Source: Chrysemys picta bellii (Eukaryota). Taken from it: 64,000 nt of DNA. The DNA lies in NCBI RefSeq assembly GCF_011386835.1, contig NC_088795.1, forward strand, positions 135,718,001 to 135,782,000. The letters run 5' to 3'. Of the stretch, positions 48,901 through 57,900 are shown piece by piece. The notes under the pieces are model-generated. The model saw nothing but the letters and a program-made list of their open reading frames with translations, did not search any database and had not been told where the DNA came from. Position 1 is the stretch's first letter. Every line of letters starts with the position of its first letter. Both the position numbers and the translations under genes were made by a program.

Positions 48901-51900
48901 TCTCCAATAACTTCCTGGATTGTCTGTGTATTGCTCTCCCAGCAGATGTCAGGGTGATTGAAGTCCCCCATGAGAACCAGGGCCTGTGATCTGGAAACTT
49001 CTGTTAGTTGTCCAAAGAAAGCCTCATCTACCTCATCCTCTTGGTCTGGTGGTCTATAGCAGATGCCCACCACAACATCACTCTTGTTGCTCTCACCTCT
49101 AAACTTAACCCAAAGACTCTCAACAGGCTTTTCTCCAGTTTCATGCTGGAGCTCTGAGCAGTTATACTACTCTCTTACATACAGTACAACTCCTCCAATT
49201 TTTCTCCCCTGCATGTCCTTTCTGAACAGTTTATACCATCCATGACAGTACTCCACTCATGTGAGTTACCCCACCAAGTCTCTGTTATTCCAGTCACATC
49301 ATAGTTCCTTGACTGTGCCAGGACTTCAATTCTTCCTGCTTGTTTCCCAGGCTTCTTGTGTTCGTGTGAAGGCACCTAAGATAACTAGCCGATTGTCCTT
49401 CTTTCTCAGTACGATTCAGGAGGCCTCCCCTGTTGCACCCTCCTCCTTGTGTCTCCTCCAGGTATCCCACTTACCTCAGGGCTTAGGTCTCCATCTCGCG
49501 GTGAACCTAGTTTAAAGCCCTCCTCACTAGATTAGCCAGCCTGCCTGCGAAGATGCTCTTCCCTCTCTTCATTAGGTGGATTCCATCTCCTCCTAGCGAT
49601 CTTTGTTCCTGGAACAACATCCCATTGTCAGAGATCCAAAGCCCTCTCTCCGACACCACCTGCATAACCATGCATTTACTTCCACAATTCGATGGTCCCT
49701 ACTTGGGCCTTTTCCTTCAACAGGGAGGATGGACGAGAACATGACTTGCACCTCAAACTCCTTTATCCTTCTTCCCAGAGCCATGTAGTCTGAAGTGACC
49801 CGCTTAAGGTCATTCTTGGCAGTATCACTGGTGCCCATGTGTAGAAGTAGGAAGATGAAGAGCCAGAGCCATGCAACACGTCATGCAGATTTTTTTTCCA
49901 TCTTATCCACCTGTTGCCTTCCATCTGATAGTTGTCTGGGACAAGGGACTGCCTTTGTTAGTTATCTGTGCAGTGTCTAGCACTGATCCGTGATCCTAGA
50001 TGCTACTGCAATACAAATTAATAATACTAATGATTTAGGCCATGTGAATTTTGGCTGTGCAAACCGTGCTCCATGTGCTTGCAAGCAATTATTCTACAGT
50101 GCCTAGATACTGATATGTGAGGGTTCAGATTGGGGGAAAATAAACACTAGTACTCTCCTAAGCCCCACTCTCTGTTGACACGAAAATGACAAGTCACCCT
50201 TAGCAGACTCTGCTGGAATTCAATGGTCTCTCTCCTTCCAATCTTTGATCCATGAAATAGTTAGCAGTTCTGACTTTTAAATTGTCATCATTGGGCTTCA
50301 GAGTCAACACCCCATTGGTCTGAAAAGGAGTGGTTCAAACTGCTGTGTAGACAGCACTGCATTAGTTCCTGGATTCACAATTCAGGTTGCAACCATGAAG
50401 GCTAAAGACTTAACCTCAACTTTCATTTAAAAGAATTAAAATGGTAGTCACTGGGGGAAAGTGCAATCTTGAACTGAGATGGCAAATGGGTGAATATTTG
50501 CTGTGTTCATGCTAAAGGAGGCAGACCATGCTGGACAATGTCCATTCCCAGTATGGTTTAGGAACCGAGCTGGTCAACATTTGAGATTTCTGGTTCATGA
50601 GAAATTTTGATGTTTCAGAATTTGAGTACCACTATTCATTTTTTTCCAGTGAAAATTTCTGACCAGCTCTATTCCGAAATAGTTTCGCCCAAGGCACAAA
50701 CACTTCACTCTGCTTTAGTGTGTCATTAACACTATGATTTATCTGTCCAAGAGCCCCAGGGTTTCCATTACTATCCATTATCTGAGCCCCCCACAATCTT
50801 TAATGAATGTATCCACACAACACACCAGTGAGGTAGGAAAATGCTGTTATCTCCAATATGTAGATGGGAACTGAGGTACAGAGAAATTAAGTGACTTGCC
50901 CAGGGTCACACAGGGAGTCTGGGATACAGCAAGGAACTGAATGGAGGTCTCCCAAGTCCCAGGCTGAATGGAGGTCTCCCAAGTCCCAGGCTCCCTGGTC
51001 ACCGAGCCATCCTTCATGTCAGTTGTTTTAATCTGATGGCACCCTTGGGAATCCTAAAGTTGATGCCCGAGTAGCAAGTGTCTGTGTTTTGAAAGTATTC
51101 CCCAAAACTCCAACCTGCTTGTCTGGCTTCTATTTTAGATGAGTTCAATCGAGTGATCATTCCAGTGAAGAGAGGTGAAGAGAACACAGACTATGTCAAT
51201 GCGTCCTTTATTGATGTAAGTTCTTGTTTCCTGTTACTCTAACCATAGACTCCACAACCTGCAGCCAATAACCCTCCACCTCAAACACAGCCAGGATGGG
51301 CCTAGTCTTGAAATGCTTGCTTTTTAGTGTGTTGGGGGTTTTTTATTGTATTTAGAGCTGATGGAAGGTGCTAGGCTGACTGGGGACTGGAGTCCCCTGT
51401 TTATCCTGATAACTTGTACAGCTCTGGCAGAAGCAGCGTGAGCTTCCATCCTGCCCCACCATGACCTGAAGAGACGCATCTCAGGGTGATTTCAGCCCCG
51501 TTAGGGTCCTCCACTGAGCCCCCCAACGAGTTTGATAGTGACTCTAATGATGTGGATAACGGTCTGCTAGGCATAGAACAGGGACTACCAGCTCCTTTCA
51601 TTTGGCCACTGAACATCCACCAGACAATGCAATGTAATAATAATACACGGCTCTCAAAGCCCTTGACAAAGGCAGATCAACCTCATTGTCCTCAGACTGG
51701 AGTAAATGAGGCAAAGAGGTTAAGTGATCTACTCACCAAGGGCTAGATCGCACAGTCCTTGCTGACAGGTAGTCCTGTTGGTGTCAACGGGAAGCCTCTC
51801 ATTAGTATTCATCTACACGCAATCCACCCAACAGTGAGTAAGTGCTATAGGACCCAGGTCTTTTGAAACCCAATCCTGCCTCTAACCCCAGGATGACAGT

Positions 51901-54900
51901 TGCTCCCGAAGGCAAGTCATTTTTGATGATGATTGTCCTGGGCTAGATTCGAACCCGTCATTGAGAGGGGAAAGGCACTGTTATCACATTCATAATGCCC
52001 TGAGCTATCTATCCCCCTGCAGTGTAATTTTCTAATGAGTATCATCCATAACGGGTGAGTCCCGCTATGCTGATCTGTCATTACATTCTGACTCTGTTTC
52101 AAACAGAGCGCAGTATAAGCAGCCCTCCTGGCATCCAAGCCCTGTTTGTTTGTCATGAATCTAGGTCAGAAAGCCCTTGATGCGGTGTAGGCAGCTTTGT
52201 TGAGAATTCAATTTCCTGCCTCTACTGAACTTTGCTTGACTGAGACGCTCCACATGACTAAGCATCTTTGTGTTCTCACTGCAAACTCTGATGAAAAAGA
52301 ACAACAGAAACTTTGTCAGAAGGAGGAATGTTTCTTGGTTGTGGAACAGCAGTTGTCACCTTGTAATGGAGATTGCAGTGTAGGCCTGGTTTTGCTCCTC
52401 TCTGCTTAAAATTCACAGTAAAAGCTACATCGTTAAAACTGGTAGGTTAGGTCTGGGTCCAGGGTAAAATTTTTCTACAAAATTTGAACTGACTCAAACA
52501 AGGGGTTCCTGAATTATGACATCCTAAAAGCGGGTGTTCTCCATGGTCCAAAGAGGCTTCTGATGTTTTGGTCATTTCGTGGTGGTGGTTTTTTGCCTCT
52601 CTGTAGCCAAAACAAAAACTGCAAAGAGGAGAAAAACTCTTAGTTTGTTTGGCAGCCCTGGCAGTGAGCCAGTGCCCAGGACCAATATTTAGCTGACTAA
52701 AGCGTAATTTCCAAAGACCTCAACTTTTTAATTTGGACCATCACTGTGGATTGTTGGCTGTGCTTACCCAAGCACAGCCTCGCTGGAGACATGAGCTTTC
52801 CTCTACAGAAGCAGTAAGGTCTGGTCCTGATTTAACTATGTTACGTTAGACACTGAGTTAGTTACTTTGGTGTCATCCCCTTGTGTGGACACTTTTAAAC
52901 TAGAATCTGAGTGTTCACACAAGTGACCAGCAGCTGTTTACTACATCAGTTTCTAAAGCAGTATAGTTAAATCTGAACCATTTTCTTTTGTAGACAAGAC
53001 CTAAGTCTGTAGCCCCTTACTGTGCAGAGACAGAGCTCAGATTTGATGTCACTGCATCACCGTGAAGGCTTCTTACTAGAATAAAGACACATTTCTACCA
53101 AAAGCCTCATCAGCCCCCAGACAAGCTTGCTAAGGACTGGCAGACCTACCAAGGCTTCTAGGGACTTTGAGTGTCCCCAGTTAGCCCCCTGAGGCTGGGT
53201 GGGGTTCTCTTTCATGCAGACCTGGGTAGGTCCACAGGAAGAGGATGCCAATTTGATTCCTCCAGGTCCCCTGTGCAATCCATTCCACATCCGCCTGCAG
53301 CCTTCCTAAGGTCTGCAGGAGCCAGGCTATGTTCCTACCACTGTTGGGACTGAGCGACTCAGGACCACAGACCCTGCCCCGCATTCCTGTCGACCTCTAT
53401 ATGCCTCAGTCTTCCCCCCACCTGCAAAATGAGGACAGGAACACCCGCCTCACAATGAGGCTGGGAGGCTTAGTGAGGGTTTGTCAGGCAGTTTGAGATC
53501 CACGGGTGGAAGGTACATGAGAAATAGGACCATTGTGTGGTACAGAAAGCTGGAAACCCGATCTCTGGCTCTTCGTACCGTGGGTTACAGCTCTCATGAG
53601 CAACATGGGCTACTTACAATGCGTGGCAAAGACCCAAAAGGAGACGCGCTGCCCAACACGAGAGAGGCACATGCTTGAGATGCTGTAAGGCTCTTTACGT
53701 AACATGTACACGACTCTTGATCATCTGTTTCCTTTGTGTTATCACTAATTTACTGGACCACCCTATGTGGGGCAGAGTGATTGAATCGCTAAGCTCAATG
53801 ATGTGCCTGTGATGAGTCATAGCTGAAAAGTGGGCCTGGGAAGGCGGGATGCATTGGAATTAAAGCTACTTTGGGGTCAGAATCAATGCTAAAAAACAAG
53901 GTTCCCCAGGAAGGGAAAATGTTTTGACTATGTCTAAGTAATGGCCTGTAGTGTGAGTCCTCACCATGGAGCATGACTGAGGTAGATTATGAGGCATAAC
54001 AGAGCTGATAGAGCAGAGATGAGTGATGGCAGAGCCTTGGCAGAGCAAGAGCTGTTGCCATCTTGACTTTTTACGTTTGGATAATGGGATGAAAGGGCAG
54101 CCTCCAAATACGTCAAGGGTGTAGGTGCCAGAAGGGGAAAGCAGTTACTTATGTGATATACTGGGGATAAGCCGGAGTGATGGGTTTACGTCATAATAGG
54201 GGAGATTGGAATGTGATGTATTGCCCTGTGGAACAGTCTCCCTGTGGTGGAAGCCTCATCACCTGGGACATTTAAAACAGATCTGCACCCCCTGTCTGAC
54301 CCTGTACTGGCAGGGAGGGTATAAAGGGCCATTTCTATCTGCCGTGAAAAAGATAAAAAACCATGTGCTACACAGCAGAAGATCTACACCAAGTAATTTG
54401 TACAAGAAGTTGTTCAAGCGTCCAACTTCTGAATGAAAAGGAAACGGGATCATAGAAGTTAGAGATGAAAAAGGTTTGTTGCAGCACTGATCCCCTTCCC
54501 TGCCTGTGCAGAAGACAGCCAAGTTCACAAGCCTTGGGCAAACAAGGACCAAGTTTTTCAACTGCCACCAGGAAGGGATTTCAGGTTCTGGTTGGTGTGG
54601 GGAGAGAATGGGCGAGACTGAGCTTTGGTGCGGTTTCCTCCTGAAACCAAACACATTGGTTTCATATGAGCTGTGCTTTGGAGCCTGTGATCCACCCACA
54701 GAACTCTCCCAGTGAGTTCCCACCCAGTTCCCCACATTGGTGCCCACTGTCACCAACCCTTCACACTTCTTGTCCATATGCTCTGCACCATCTGATAGTA
54801 ATCTCTTTGTGGGTGAACTTTTCAAAGTGGCTGTGAGGGAGTTCATTGCAGCATAGCTCTGTGTCAGGTAAAACAGCTGTTGCTGCAGATGCTGATGGCA

Positions 54901-57900
54901 CTGGGGTGATTTCCAGTCTGCATCAGTTCTGCCGCCCCAACAACTATGGCTTGAAATTGCAGGGTTATCGCCAGAAGGACTCCTACATTGCTAGCCAGGG
55001 CCCTCTCCAGCACACAATAGAGGATTTCTGGAGGATGATCTGGGAGTGGAAATCCTGCTCTATAGTTATGTTAACAGAGCTGGAAGAGAGAGGCCAGGTA
55101 AGTGCCTGGGATTAACTAATCCTGCAGCTGGTGGGAAAGCAACATCATTATGACTACATCACTGGTGGGAAAAATCAATGCAAGGCCCTACAGCCCTTTG
55201 ACGGCCCTATTACTTGTTCCCAACACATCCCAAATTATGTAACTATTTAACTCGCACGCACCCAACCTTCTCTGGAGAACCTCGTGCTGCAGCCCAACTT
55301 CCAGTTTTACCCCCAAAGAATCCACGTGCTTATAGACACAGTATAAATTTCAGACGTGAGGAGACGGGACAAGGACCCAAGACATTGCGCTCCCAAAACA
55401 CTTCTTGAGCTAAATGGCCACTCACTAGTTACTGTCTGTGTGCTGGCCAATGGAGAGCAACATCACTCATGCACAAAGCTAGAGAGCAGCATCCTAATTC
55501 CCCTCTAAACCTCTGAGTACCGTGGCTGGCCTACCGAGGCCGCCTCGTAACAGACCCCTCAGGCCAGGATGGGGAGGAGGGGATTTCACACTGCCACATG
55601 AAGGTTTCTCACCTCGTCACCTCATGCTTTCTCAGGAGAAATGTGCCCAGTACTGGCCTTCTGATGGCTCTGTGTCCTATGGAGACATCACCATGGAGCT
55701 GAAAAAAGAGGAGGAATGTGAGAGCTACACAGTGCGGGACCTGCTAGTAACAAACACCAGGGTAGGAGTCTCTCTCCCTCACCATGGAAGGCAGCTGTGG
55801 GATCTCTGGGCACTTGCTGTAGTTAACCCCTGGTTCTGTCTATAGGTGCCCTGTTTCCCCTTGCTCCTGCAGCCCTGTCCCAAATGCTGATTCTCCCCCT
55901 TTCCCCTGGCCCCTCCTCAGCTTCCATATCCTTTCACAATCGCCCCAAAATGACACCTCCACTGTCAGTTCCCTCCCTCTTCACCCCACTCCCTGCATAC
56001 TGCTGTCCTATCCCCTTCCCCGTTGTTAACCCTCCTCTCCCACTGACTTCTGGTCATGCCTCCCCCACTGCGGGGTTCCCTTCCCCCACCAGAAACTGTT
56101 ATCCACTCCCTGCCCCCCACCTCCCTGCTGCCATCCAGCCCATACTCTTTCCTCTGCTGGCTCCCTTCTGGGCCACCCAAACCCTCCCTGGTTTCCAGTT
56201 CCCAACTTTGTCCCCCAGGGCACCCCCCACCAACCGACTCCCTGGCACACTGCCACTGGTCCTATTAGGCATCGGCTGCCACTGCCCTTCTGATCATTCT
56301 CTTCTAACCTTTCTTCCCAAGCCCTTGCAACAGTCTGTTTCCAGCTATGCACCTGGACTTAGGTTGGTCCAGTGGAGTGAAGTTGTCATTGTTTTTCTCC
56401 TGCAAGGAAAACAAGAGCCGGCAGATTCGACAGTTCCATTTCCATGGCTGGCCGGAAGTTGGAATCCCTAGTGATGGGAAAGGAATGATCAATATCATTG
56501 CAGCTGTGCAGAAACAACAGCAGCAGTCTGGGAACCATCCAATCACTGTGCACTGCAGGTACAGCCCCGTCAGGGCAAGGGACTGGACACAGCATTGCTC
56601 TGGTCTTGGGTAACTGTGATAGATCTGCAAGCCAGTGAAAGGGACTGGGCTGGTGACCAGCGTCCTCAGCCCACTGATCAGGAGCAGCACAGACAGCTGT
56701 GGTGCCAGGTTCCCTCGCGCTGCCCCAGCCAATGTGCCTCAACCTGGAGCTGGAAGGGTCCGGGAATAATTCTGTCACCAGGCCCTACTCAGTCCTTGGC
56801 GTCTCTTCCTCCTATATCAGGGACAATTGAGTTTGTGGGGGGTTTTGATGTGGAGAAATTGGGAACTGGTCTGAGACCACTCAGCTCATGTCATAGGATG
56901 TCCAAACCTTCTTCACCATCTGACTAGCTGTTTGACCTCCTAATTCTGGCCAGACATGAGCTGGTGCCCAAAAGAGGAGGGAACAATGGATAGTTAGTCC
57001 GATGGGATGCTTCACATGAAAACAATTGTCTATAAATGGTGGTTAAACTAGAAAGCACAAAGGAGACTGTTCAAGATGTTCACGTTCCCCAGCATTTCCC
57101 TCCCACTGCCTGAGTTGGAGCATCCATGCAGCCAAATGAATGTGCTCTGTCCTGATGTTCACTTTTTCTGTGCTCTTCTGTTTGTCTCTTTGCCAGTGCC
57201 GGGGCAGGAAGAACAGGAACCTTCTGTGCACTGAGCACTGTCCTGGAAAGGGTTAAAGCCGAGGGGATTCTGGATGTCTTTCAGACAGTGAAGAGTTTAA
57301 GATTACAGAGGCCGCATATGGTGCAGACACTGGTAGGCACGAGTTATTGCGTCTTCACTACCTAGCTCCCTTCATGCCTTAACAGATCTCAGTTGAGATG
57401 TGCCTGCAAATTTTCCTTCCTCTCAACCAAGTTTTTTGAGTGGAAATTTCCCTAGTTAAAATAGTCCTAATGGTGGGGAGAAGGAGGATTCTCTCCCCTA
57501 CCCCCTTCCTCCTAACAACCGGAGTTCTACAGGAAGGGAGAACTGTGCTAGGAATAAGGAGACCTGATTCTGTTCCAGACACTACCACTGACTTTCTTTT
57601 TCACCACGGGAAGTTACTTACAGACAGAAGTGCCAAACATCCGTAGCTTCTGCCGAGCTACAGATGCCCAGCACCTTTGAAAAGCAGGCCACTAGCCTCT
57701 GCATGACTCAGTTTTGCCCATCTGTACGATGGGAATAATGGTGCTTCACCCTTCTCTTGTAACGTACTCTGAGATATGCGGTTGAAATTGTTTTGATACA
57801 AGACTGGAAGGACCACTATGATTATCTAGCCTGACCCCTTCATAACACAGGCCATAAGTGCAAAGTACCTTTCCTCATCTAATGCTGTGCTTTTCCTCTC

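Noticed and set aside
54259-54846. 195-aa minus-strand ORF
   Set aside because: No motif I recognise, and it partly overlaps degraded CR1-like sequence. A BLASTP search would settle it.
55884-56471. 195-aa Pro-rich plus-strand ORF
   Set aside because: Product of the pyrimidine-rich intron. It overlaps exon 20 in a different frame.
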